Source of the DNA: Mustelus asterias
Lineage: Eukaryota
Length of the DNA stretch: 64,000 bases
NCBI RefSeq assembly: GCF_964213995.1
Contig: NW_027590120.1
Coordinates: forward strand, 1,178,001 to 1,242,000
Direction of reading: 5' to 3'
The notes beneath the pieces were generated by a model. That model saw nothing but the letters and a program-made list of their open reading frames with translations. It was not told where the DNA came from and searched no databases. Below, piece by piece: positions 35,845 through 47,715 of this stretch (position 1 is its first letter; every line of letters begins with the position of its first letter). The position numbers were made by a program, and so were the translations under genes.

Positions 35845-38424
35845 GGGTTAGAAATAGGAAAGGAGCGGTGACGTTGTTAGGAGTTTACTATCGGCCCCCA
35901 AATAGTAATAGAGATGTGGAGGAAGAAATTGCCAAGCAGATTATGGATATGTGTGGGGGTCACAGGGTAGTTGTCATGGGGGACTTTAACTTTCCAAATA
36001 TTGATTGGAACCTTTATAGGTCGAATAGTTCGGATGGGGTAGTTTTTGTGCAGTGTGTGCAGGAGGGTTTCCTGACACAATATGTGGATAGGCCGACAGG
36101 AGGTGAGGCCACATTGGATTTGGTACTGGGAAATGAACCGGGCCAAGTGTTAGATTTGGTTGTGGGAGAGCACTTTGGAGATAGTGACCACAATTCGGTG
36201 TCTTTTGTTATTGCAATGGAGAGGGATAGGGCCATACGGCAGGGCAAGGTTTACAATTGGGGGAGAGGTAATTATGATGAAATCAGGCGGGAATTAGGAA
36301 GAATAAGTTGGGAACAGAAACTGTCAGGGAAAGGCACGATTGAAAAGTGGAACTTTTTCAAGGAACAAATACTGCATGTCATTCATAGGTATGTCCCTGC
36401 CAGGCAGAGAGGAAATGGCTGGTGAGGGATCCATGGTTCACAAAACAGGTGGAATGTCTTATCAAGAGGAAGAAGGAAGCGTATGTTAGGTTGAGGAAAC
36501 AAGGTTCAGTTGGCTCGATGGAAGGTTACAAGTTAGCAAGAAATGAGCTGAAAAGGGGGCTTAGGAGAGCTAGGAGGGGACATGAGAAGTCATTGGTGGG
36601 TCGGATCAAGGAAAACCCCAAGGCTTTTTACTCTTATGTGAGGAGTAAAAGAATGACCAGGGTGTGGCTGGGGCCAGTCAAGGACGGCAGGGGGAATTTG
36701 TGCATGGAGTCAGAAGAGATAGGAGAGGTGATGAATGAATACTTTTCTTCGGTGTTCACCAAGGAGAGGGGCCATGTTTTTGAGGCAGAGAGGGTGTCAC
36801 AGGCTGATAGGCTGGATGAAGTAGATGTTCGGAGGGAAGATGTACTATCAATTTTGAATAAACTGAAAGTTGATAAGTCCCCTGGGCCTGATGAAATATA
36901 TCGTGGGATTCTTTGGGAGGCAAGGGATGAGATAGCAGAGCCTTTGGCTTTGATCTTTGCGTCCTCACTGTCCACGGGGGTGGTGCCAGAGGACTGGAGA
37001 GTGGCAAATGTTGTTCCTCTGTTTGAGAAAGGGAATAGAAATGACCCTGGTAATTATAGGCCGGTTAGTCTTACTTCGGTGATTGGTAAGTTGATGGAAA
37101 AGGTCCTTAGGAATGGGATTTAAGACGATTTGGAAATAAGCGGCTTAATCCGGGATAGTCAGCACGGATTTGTGAAGGGCAAGTCTTGCCTCACAAATTT
37201 GATAGAATTTTTTGAGGAGGTAACTATGTGTGTAGATGAAGATAGTGCAGTTGATGTCAGATACATGGATTTTAGTAAGGCGTTTGATAAAGACCCCATG
37301 GTCGGCTTATGAAGAAAGTAAGGATGTGTGGGATAGAGGGAAAGTTGGCCGATTGGATAGGTAACTGGCTATCTAACAGAAGACAGAGGGTGGTGGTGGA
37401 TGGAAAATGTTCGTACTGGAAACCGGTTACCAGCGGAGTGACACAGGGATCAGTGCTTGGTCCTCTGCTATTTGTAATTTTTATAAATGACTTGGAGGAG
37501 GGGGCTGCAGGGTGGATCAGTAAATTTGCTGATGACACCAAGATTGGTGGAGTAGTGGATGAGGGGGAGGTCTGTTGTAGGCTGCCAAGAGACATAGATA
37601 GGATGCAAAGCTGGGCTGAAAAATGGCAAATGGAGTTTAACCCTGATGAATGTGAGGTGATTCATTTTGGTAGGACTAATTTAAATGTGGATTACAGGGT
37701 CAAAGGTAGGGTTCTGAGGACTGTGGAGGAACAGAGAGATCTTGGGGTCCATATCCACAGATCTCTAAAGGTTGCCACTCAAGTGGATAGAGCTGTGAAG
37801 AAGGCCTATAATGTGTTAGCTTTTATTAACAGGGGGTTGGAGTTTAAGAGCCGTGGGGTTATGCTGCAACTGTACAGGACCTTGGTGAGACCACATTTGG
37901 AATATTGTGTGCAGTTCTGGTCAACTCACTATAAGAAGGATGTGGAAGCGCTGGAAAGAGTGCAGAGGAGATTTACCAGGATGCTGCCTGGTTTGGAGGG
38001 TAGGTCTTGTGAGGAAAGGTTGAGGGAGCTAGGGTGTTCTCTCTGGAGCGGAGGAGGCTGAGGGGAGACTTAATAGAGGTTTATAAAATGATGAAGGGGA
38101 TAGATAGAGTGAACGTTCAAAGACTATTTCCTCGGGTGGATGGAGCTATTACAAGGGGGCATAACTATAGGGTTCATGTTGGGAGATATAGGAAGGATGT
38201 CAGAGGTAAATTCTTTACGCAGAGAGTGGTTGGGGTGTGGAATGGACTGCCTGCAGTGATAGTGGAGTCAGACACATTAGGAACATTTAAGCGATTATTG
38301 GATCGGCACATGGAGCACACCAGGATGATAGGGAGTGGGATAGCTTGATCTTGGTTTCAGATAAAGCTCGGCACAACATCGTGGGCTGAAGGGCCTGTTC
38401 TGTGCTGTACTGTTCTATGTTCTA
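35845..38424 (+). mobile_element. CR1 LINE ORF2 (APE plus RT), frameshifted, with 3' tail
   Basis: ORFs 35838-38348 and a TGTTCTATGTTCTA tail. Confidence 0.95.
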
Positions 38425-39183
38425 ACTGAAGAGTCCCTTCTGTTGGATGAACATGGAATACCGAGGGGGGTGGGGTGTTTATTTGGGGTGGGGGTGGGGT
38501 AGGGCATGTGGGGCTGTCCCATAAGGGACACCATCTGCACCTTTAAAATAAAATCCAAAGTTACAAGAGAGTTTCCCCCTCCTAATGTTTTCAGTGTGGC
38601 TATGATCTGATGTCAGTGATTGAAATCAGTTTGTCAGATGGTAGCAGGCACAGCACAACTCTCCAGTAGAATAGGCCCTATGGACAATCGTCGGGTAAAC
38701 CCTTAACTATCTGAGGGGCAACAAGTACAATATTACCCAGCCCCCCTTCCCGTTATCAGACAGATCCCCCCCCCACCCCCCCACCAACCAGCCCATGCTT
38801 CAACCCATTATTAATTAAAACTCTGTCTGTCTCCTCAAATTTGCCATGTACCAGTGAAGACGAGAATGGGTTAATGAACTTTGTAACACTTAAGCGTTGA
38901 GACCCGAACGCTGTAATAATTAAGAGATTTGTGAGAGGCAATGCAGAGCTCATTGTTTTCGTGTCCGTAAAGCTTGTTTTCATGTATCAAACCAGATAAG
39001 AGAGACAGCTGTCCTTGCTGCGGTTTTCAACCATATGATTTTCCCAGCTAATATAAGCTAAGCAGAGTCAGCGAAGGAGAATCCATTTTAACATGGTGGA
39101 ACTTACATGTATACCTTCTGTGATTGTATAATCATAAATTCACATTTATTAATTATATACTATTCTTCCTCACCGATATAAAG

Positions 39184-39520
39184 TGTTATATAGACCCCTG
39201 TACGTCAGTTAACCTGTGTGTACAAACTTATAATCTGAACAACCCACAGGAGTCCACATAGAGGCGACAAACAGGCAGCCTTGAGATGGCCACGATTACA
39301 TGGACTACGTGAAGGATGGAATCACTGAGGCAGCAATAATCGTGGGAAGATACAGACGTGACCAGGGGCGAAAATATAGGTATAAATGTTTGCTCATGAT
39401 CTGTATTCGGTGAGAAGTCTGGAGACCGCGTTAGGGATCGGACTTCTCCCACAATTGTGAAAATAAACCACTGTACTTTGACTCACGACTGGTCTCAGAG
39501 TTATTATTTTACCTACAACA
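39184..39520 (+). mobile_element. Possible solo LTR
   Basis: TGTT...AACA termini, GGTATAAAT at about 39380 and AATAAA at about 39462. No TSD found. Confidence 0.35.
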
Positions 39521-39687
39521 CCAGCATCCACGGCACTCCGAGGTTATGAATTCCACAGAGTCACCACCCATTGAGAGAAGTAATTTCTCCTCATATCTGT
39601 TTTAAATCTGCTACCCTTTTCCCGTAAGATGCCCTACCTTGTCCTACACTGTGATTCCTGTTAGGCTGCTTTATACCACTCCCACTC

Positions 39688-39985
39688 CGGTGGCACAGTG
39701 ATTAGCACTGCTGCCTCACAGCGACAGGGACCTGGGTTTGATTGCCGTCTTGCGTCACTGTCTGTACGCAGTCTGCACATTCTCCTCATGTCTGAGTGGG
39801 TGTCCTCCGGGTGCTCCAGTTTCCTCCCACAGTGCAAAGACGTGCTGGTTACGGTGCATTGACCGTGCTAAATTCTCCCTCAGTGTAACCCGAACAGGCG
39901 CCGGAATGTGGCGACTCGGGGATTTTCACAGTAACGTCATTGCAGTGTTGATGTAAGCCTACTTGTGACACTAATAAATAAACTT
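39688..39985 (+). mobile_element. HE1/V-SINE-type SINE
   Basis: Head, V-domain and CTTGTGACACTAATAAATAAACTTT tail. Confidence 0.8.
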
Positions 39986-40444
39986 TATACTTATTCACTG
40001 GTGCTTGAGTATTAAACATCCCGATACAATCAGCACTTCTTTACAGAGCAAAAGCATTCACATTCCAAGAGATACATGGGAGAGTGTACATTGGAGGGCC
40101 GAAGGGCCTGTTCACGTGCAGCACTTTTCTTTTTTCTTAAGGCATAAATATCTTTAAGCATGTTGATTTTGAAATAATTTTATCCAAGATTTAACATAAA
40201 TTTGCCTTCTTTATATCAGGCTATGGATCTGACTCTTATGGTAAGAACAACACCCTTCAGTTCAGTACCTGTTATTCAACTCCTCCAAGACAGTCACGGG
40301 GGCGATGGATTATTCACTCAAACATTTCCCTAAGATGCTTTTAGGATGATAAGCTTTGGAAATTTCAGCAGATAGTGAAAAATCATGATGGTTCAAATAA
40401 TCCGATCACATTGCAGAATACCAAGACAAATATAACCTGGTGCC

Positions 40445-41038
40445 TGGTTTATTGGTTTAGCTGTGTTACCTCACAGCACCAGGGAACTGGGTTTGATTCC
40501 AGGCTTGCGTCACTGTTTTTGTGGAGCCTGCATGTTCTCCCCGTATCTGCGTGGTTCTCCTCTGTGTGCTCCAGTTTCACCCCACAGTCCAAAGATGTGC
40601 AGATTAGGTGGATTGGCCATGCTAAATTGCCCCTTGTTGTCCAGAGATGACAAGGTTAGGTGAATTAACCATGCAAAATTGCCCCTTTGTGTCCAATGAT
40701 GTGCAGGTTAGGGGGATTGGCTGTACAGATTATCCTTTAGTGTCCAAAGATGTACTGGTTAGGGGGATTGGCCATGATAAATTACCCCTTATTGTCCAGA
40801 GATGACAAGGTTAGGTGAATTGACCATGCAAAATTGCTCCTTAATGTCCAATGATGGGCAAGTTAGGGGGATTGGCCATCCTAAATTGCTCCTTCGAGTC
40901 CAAATGTGCTCGTTAGGTGGATTGGCCATGCGAAATTCTCCCTCAGTGTACCTGAACAGGCACTGGAGTGTGGCGACTAGGGGATTTTCACAGTAACTTA
41001 ATTGCAGTGTTAATGTAAACTGACCGATGACACTAAAA
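40445..41038 (+). mobile_element. HE1/V-SINE-type SINE with about 6 internal tandem copies of a roughly 52-bp unit
   Basis: GGTTAGG..ATTGGCCATG..AAATTGCCCCTT..TGTCC repeated at a 51-52 nt period. Confidence 0.8.
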
Positions 41039-41146
41039 ATGACATTTTAAGAAAGCTAATTTTATTGTTACGGTTCATATGCAGATTTAAAACACACGTG
41101 ATTATTGCCCTCTCTTTAACAAGGGCACACAGAGTTTATTCTTGTA

Positions 41147-41285
41147 CAAAAGCAAGGTACTGCAGAAACTGGAATCGGAAAGAATTCTAACGAAGGGTCA
41201 TCCAGAGTTGAAACATTGGCTCTATTCTCTCTCCACAGATGCTGTCAGACCTGCTGATTTAACGGCATTTTCTGTATTTGTTTCT
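41147..41285 (+). mobile_element. Short repeat with degenerate hammerhead-like core
   Basis: CTAACGA-AGGGTC-ATCCA-GAGTT-GAAA-CATT at 41187-41217. The CUGA box is mutated. Confidence 0.35.
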
Positions 41286-41394
41286 TCTGGTATACTTTAC
41301 CACTCTTACTGGTGGATTCTTTCCCCAAGAACTCCTCATCTCCAGACATACAACTTCCACTTTCCAGCATCCTCAGCCCAATGAATCTCTAACA

Positions 41395-41937
41395 CGACAC
41401 GGTGGCACAGTGGTTAGCACTGCTGCCTCACAGCAGCATGGTGGCACAGTGGTTAGCACTGCTACCTCACAGCGACACGGTGGCACAGTGGTTAGCACTG
41501 CTGCCTCACAGCGACATGGTGGCACAGTGGTTATCACTGCTGCCTCGCAGCGACACGGTGGCACAGTGGTTAGCACTGCTGCCTCACAGCGACATGGTGG
41601 CACAGTGGTTATCACTGCTGCCTCGCAGCGACACGGTGGCACAGTGGTTAGCACTGCTGCCTCACAGCGACATGGTGGCACAGTGGTTAGCACTGCTGCC
41701 TCACAGCGACATGGTGGCACAGTGGTTATCACTGCTGCCTCACAGCGACATGGTGGCACAGTGGTTATCACTGCTGCCTCACAGCGACACAGTGGCACAG
41801 TGGTTAACACTGCTGCCTCAGAGCAGCACGGTTGCACAGTGGGTAGCACTGCTGCCTCACAGTGACACGGTGGCACAGGGGTTAGGCACTGCTGCCTCGC
41901 AGGAGCACGGTGGCACAGTGGTTAGCACTGCTGCCTT
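41395..41937 (+). repeat. Tandem array of 14 x 39-bp SINE heads (CACGGTGGCACAGTGGTTAGCACTGCTGCCTCACAGCGA) followed by one SINE body to about 42150
   Basis: 13-aa period in spurious ORFs. The unit equals the HE1-type 5' tRNA-like A-box region. Confidence 0.92.
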
Positions 41938-42254
41938 TCAACGGCAGAGACCCGTGTTCAATTCCCAGCTTGGGTCATTGTCTGTGTTCAATCTGCATGT
42001 TTCCCCGTGTCTGTGTGTGTATCGTCCGGGTGCTCCTGTTTCCACTCACAGTCTGAAAGACGTGCTGGTTAGGTGCATTGGCCATGCCAAATTCTCCCTC
42101 AGTGAACCCGAACAGGCGCCGGAGTGTGGCGACCAGGGGATTTTCACAGTAGATTCATAGAGGTTTACAACATGGAAACAGGCCCGTTGGCCCAACTTGT
42201 CCACACCTGCAGTTTTTACCAATAAGCGAGTTCAAATTGCCCACATTTGGCCCA

Positions 42255-42827
42255 TATTCAGGACAGGGAGGGAGGCAAGAGAAGGGGTGGAGTGGCACTG
42301 CTGATCAGGGATAGTGTCACAGCTGTAGAGAAGGTGTATGCTGTGGAGGCATTATCGACAGAGTCTCTCTGGGTGGAAGTTCGGAGTGGGAAGGGGTCGA
42401 TCACTTTGCTGGGAGTTTTCGATAGGCCACCCAATAGTAAAAGGGAGGTGGAGGAGCAGATAGGGAAACAGATCCTGGAGAGTTGCAATAATAGCAGAGT
42501 TGTTGTGATGGGAGACTTTAATTTCCCAAACATAGAATGGAATATCCCGAGGGTAAGTGGCTTGGATGGGGAGGAGTTCGTTAGGTGTGTTCAGGAGCGT
42601 TTCCTGACACAGCATGTGGACAAGCCGACAAGAGGAGAGGCTGTGCTTGAGCGGATACTGACCAATGACCCTGGACAGGTGTCAAATCTTTCAGTGGGAG
42701 AGCATCTTGAGGATAGCGATCATAACTTTATCTCCTTTATGTTTCCATTGGAAAAAGAGAGGATCAGGCAAGCAAGGAAAGCGTTTATATGGAGTAAGGG
42801 GAAATATGAAGACAAAAGGCAGCAAAT
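42255..42827 (+). mobile_element. CR1 APE endonuclease fragment
   Basis: GGVALLI, DRPPNS, GDFNFP and SDHN in ORF 42247-42843. Confidence 0.88.
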
Positions 42828-45800
42828 AGAACATAGAACATAGAACAGTACAGCACAGAACAGGCCCTTCAGCCCACGATGTTGTGCCGAGCTTTATCTG
42901 AAACCACGATCAAGTTATCCCACTCCCTATCATCCTGGTGTGCTCCATGTGCCTATCCAATAATCGCTTAAATGTTCCTAAAGTGTCTGACTCCACTATC
43001 ACTGCAGGCTGTCCATTCCACACCCCAACGACTCTCTGCGTAAAGAACCTACCTCTGATATCCTTCCTATGTCTCCCACCATGCACCCTATAGTTATCCC
43101 CCCTTGCAATAGCTCCATCCACCCGAGGAAATAGTCTTTGAACGTTCACTCTATCTATCCCCTTCATCATTTTATAAACCTCTATTAAGTCTCCCCTCAG
43201 CCTCCTCCGCTCCAGAGTGAACAGCCCTAACTCCCTCAACCTTTCCACATAAGACCTGCCCTCCAAACCAGGCAGCATCCTGATAAATCTCCTCTGCACT
43301 CTTTCCAGCGCTTCCACATCCTTCTTATAGTGAGTTGACCAGAACTGCACACAGTATTCCAAATGTGGTCTCACCAAGGTCCCGTATAGTTGCAGCATAA
43401 CCCCACGGCTCTTAAACTCCAACCCCCTGTTAATAAAAGCTAACACACTATAGGCCTTCTTCACACCTCTATCCACTTGAGTGGCAACCTTTAGAGATCT
43501 GTGGATATGGACCCCAAGATCTCTCTGTTCCTCCACAGTCTTCAGAACCCTACCTTTGACCCTGTAATCCACATTTAAATTAGTCCTACCAAAATGAATC
43601 ACCTCACATTTATCAGGGTTAAACTCCATTTGCCATTTTTCAGCCCAGCTTTGCATCCTATCTATGTGTCTTTGCAGCCTACAACAGCCCTCCACCTCAT
43701 CCACTACTCCACCAATCTTGGTGTCATCAGCAAATTTACTGATCCACCCGTCAGCCCCCTCCTCTAAGTCATTAATAAAAATCACAAAGAGCAGAGGACC
43801 AAGCACTGATCCCTGTGGCACTCCGCTAGCAACCTGCCTCCAGTCCGAAAATTTTCCATCCACCACCACCCTCTGTCTTCGATCAGATAGCCAGTTACCT
43901 ATCCAATCGGCCAACTTTCCCTCTATCCCACACCTCCTTACTTTCATCATAAGCCGACCATGGGGGACCATATCAAACGCCTTACTAAAATCCATGTATA
44001 TGACATCAACTGCCCGACCTTCATCAACACACTTAGTTACCTCCTCAAAAAATTCAATCAAATTTGTGAGGCACGACTTGCCCTTCACGAATCCGTGCTG
44101 ACTATCCTGGATTAATCCGCATCTTTCTAAATGGTCGTAAATCCCATCCCTAAGGACCTTTTCCATCAATTTACCAACCACTGAAGTAAGACTAACCGGT
44201 CTATAATTACCATGGTCATTTCTATTCCCTTTCTTAAACAGAGGAACAACATCCGCCACTTTCCAGTCCTCTGGCACCATCCCCGTGGACAGTGAGGACC
44301 CAAAGATCAAAGCCAAAGGCTCTGCAATCTCATCCCTTGCCTCCCAAAGAATCCTAGGATACCTTTCATCAGGCCCAGGGGACTTATCGACCTTCAGTTT
44401 ATTCCAAACTGCCAGGACATCCTCCCTCCGAACAACTATTTCCTCCAGCCTATTAGCCTGTAACATCTTCTCTTCCTCAAAAACATGGCCCCTCTCCTTG
44501 GTGAACACTGAAGAAAAGTATTCATTCATCACCTCGCCTATCTCTACTGACTCCATACACAAGTTCCCACGACTGTCCTTGACCGGCCCTAACCTCACCC
44601 TGGTCATTCTGTTATTCCTCACATAAGAGTAAAAAGCCTTGGGGTTTTCCTTGATCCGACCCGCCAAGGACTTCTCATGTCCCCTCCTAGCTCTCCTAAG
44701 CCCCTTTTTCAGCTCATTCCTTGCTATCTTGTAACCCTCAATCGAGCCATCTGAACCTTGTTTCCTCATCCCTACATAAGCTTCCCTCTTCCTTTTCACA
44801 AGACATTTCACCTCTTTTGTGAACCATGGTTCCCTCACTCGGCCATTTCCTCCCTGTCTGACAGGGACATGCCTATCAAGGACACCCAGTATTTGTTCCT
44901 TGAAAAAGTTCCACTTTTCATTAGTGCCTTTCCCTGACAGTTTCTGTTCCCATCTTATGCCCCCTAATTCTTGCCTAATCGCATCATAATTACCTCTCCC
45001 CCAATTGTAAACCTTGCCCTGCCGTATGACCCTATCCCTCTCCATTGCAATAACAAAAGACACCGAATTGTGGTTACTATCTCCACAGTGCTCTCACACA
45101 ACCAAATCTAACACTTGACCCGGTTCATTTCCCAGTACCAAATCCAATGTGGCCTCACCTCTTGTCGGCCTATCCACACATTGTGTCAGGAAACCCTCCT
45201 GCACACACTGCACAAAAACTGCCAAATCCGAACTATTTGACCTATAAAGTTTCCAATCAATATTTGGAAAGTTAAAGTCCCCCATGGCAACTACCCTGTG
45301 ACCCCCACACATATCCATAATCTGCTCAGCAATTTCTTCCTCCACATCTCCATTACTATTTGGTGACCTATACTAAACTCCTAACAACGTGACCGCCTCT
45401 TTCCTATTTCTAATTTCAGCCCATATTACCTCCGTGTGCAGATCCCCCTCGAAGTGCCTTTCCGCAGCCGTTAGACTATCCTTGATTAACAATGCCACTC
45501 CTCCACCTCTTTTCCCAGCTTCCCTACTCTTACTGAAACATCTATATCCCGGAACGTCCAACAACCATTCCTGTCCTTGTTCTACCCACGTCTCCGTAAT
45601 GGCCACAACATCGTAGTCCCAAGTACCAATCCACGCCCCAAGTTCATCTACTTTGTTCCAGATGCTCCTTGCATTGAAGTAGGCACATTTCAACCCACCT
45701 TCCTGTCTACCAGTACCCACCCTTGACCTTGATACCTTCCCCAGTACCCCACCACCCTCAACACTGACTTCTGGACTACAACTCCTTTTCCCACTCCCCT

Positions 45801-46765
45801 GACAAATTAGTTTAAACTCCCCTGAAGAGTCGTAGCAAATTTCCCTCCCAGGATATTGGTGCTCCTCTGGTTCAGGTGCACCCCATCCTGTTTGTACAGG
45901 TCCCACCTTCCCCAGAATGTGTTCCAATTATCCATGTATCTGAAACCCTCCCTCCTACACCATCCCTGCAACCACATGTTTAACTGCACTCTCTCCCTGT
46001 TCCTCAACTCGCTATCACGTGGCACCGGTAACATACCAGAGATGACCACATGTTCTGTCTTGGCTCTCAGCTTCCAGCCCAGCTCCCGAAATTCCTGTTT
46101 TAAATCCCCGTCTCTTCTCTAACCTATGTCGTTGCCACCAATGTGTTCCACGACTTGTGACTGTTTCCACTCCCCCTTAAGAATCCGGAAGACACAGTCC
46201 GAGACGTCACGGACCCTGGCATCCGGCAGGCAACATACCATCCTCGAGTCTCTTTTCCTGCCACAGAACCTCCTATCAATCCCTCTAACTAACGAGTCCC
46301 CAATAACTATTGCCCTTCCGCTCTCCCCCTTACCCTCCCGAGCCACAGAGACGGACACAGTGCTGGAGATCCTCTCACTGCGGCTCACCACTGGTCCGTC
46401 GTCCCCCTCAACCATACCCAAAGCGGAATACTTGTTGCTAAGGGGAACGACCACAGGGGATCCCTGCACTGACTGCTTCCTCCCAGCCCCTCTCACCGTC
46501 ACCCATCTATTTTCATTCCTCGGAGTAACTGTATCCCTAAAGCTTCTGTCTATGGCCACCTCCGCATCCCTAATGATCCTAAGTTCATCCAACTCCAGCT
46601 CCAGTTCCCTAACACGGTTTTGGAGGAGCTGCAGATGAGTGCACTTCCCACAGGTGTAATCATCAGGGACACTGACGTCGTCCCTCACCTCAAACATAGT
46701 GCAAGAGGAACATAGCACTGCCTGCACACCCATCCCCTCTAGATACCTTGCCAGTACCAGGTCGC
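42828..46765 (-). mobile_element. Near full-length CR1 LINE: ORF1 (Zn-finger/leucine zipper/SGNH esterase-like) plus ORF2 (APE frameshifted, RT open at 42910-45063) plus tail
   Basis: ORF1 has CSSC..CGKC, LELELDEL and VIGDSLVRG; ORF2 motifs are present; (AGAACAT)n tail at 42828-42847. Confidence 0.95.
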
Positions 46766-46769
46766 GTGA

Positions 46770-47715
46770 TGCTTGGGGATTAATCATTATTTAGAGTGAT
46801 CATTGGGATTGTGTCTTTTTACAGTGATCTGTGGGCATTGTGTCATTATTGAGAGTGTTCCTTGGTGATTGCGATGTTATTCAGAGTGACACTTGGGGAT
46901 GGTGTCACTATTGAGAGTGATCCTGGGGATTATGTGACTATTTCGTGTGAACCTTGGGGATTGTTTCACTATTTAGAGTGATACTTGGGGATTGTGTCAC
47001 TGATTAGAGTGATCCTTGAGGATTGTGTCATTATTTAGAAAGCTCCTTGGGGTTCTGTCAGTATTTACAATGATCCATGGGAATTGAGTCATTAATAACA
47101 ATAATCTATGGGGATTGTATCACGCTACAGGGTGATCCTTGTGGATTGTGTCACTATTAAAAGTAATCCTTGAGGATTGTGTCGCTTTTCAGCGTGATCG
47201 TTGGGGAATGTGTCACTATTTAGAGTGTTCTTTGGGGTTCGTGTAACTATGTGCAATGATCCTTGGGCATTGTGTCTTTATTTAGAGTGATCCTTGGGGA
47301 TTGTGTCTCTATTTAGAGTGATCCTTGTGGATTGTGTCACTATTTAGAGTGATCTTTTGGGATTGTGTCACTATTTAGAGTGATTCTTGAGGATTGTATT
47401 ACTATTTAGAGTGATCCTTGGGGATTGTGTCACTATCTAGAGTGATCCTTGAGGATTGTGTCACTATTTAGATTGATCCTTGGGGATTCTGTCACCAGTT
47501 ATAGTGATCCTTGGGGACTGTGTCACTATTTAGAGTGATCCTTGGGGATTGTGTCAGTATTCGGAGTGATCCTTTGGGATTGTGACACTATTTACAGTGA
47601 TCCTTGGGGAGTGTGGCGCTATTTACAATGATCCTTGGGTATTGTGTAACTATTTGGAGTGACTCTTGTGGATTGTGTCACTAATTAGTGCTTACCTTGC
47701 AGATTGTGTCACTAT
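46770..47715. repeat. 31-bp minisatellite (TCACTATTTAGAGTGATCCTTGGGGATTGTG), about 30 copies
   Basis: Direct inspection. Confidence 0.92.

Noticed and set aside
41395-41937. CRISPR-like array or repetitive protein ORFs (41278-42160)
   Set aside because: The units are contiguous with no unique spacers, equal a SINE 5' end, and sit in vertebrate DNA. The ORFs arise because 39 is a multiple of 3.
46770-47715. 31-bp repeat with internal hairpin as a CRISPR array
   Set aside because: No spacers and no cas genes; it is an ordinary degenerate minisatellite.
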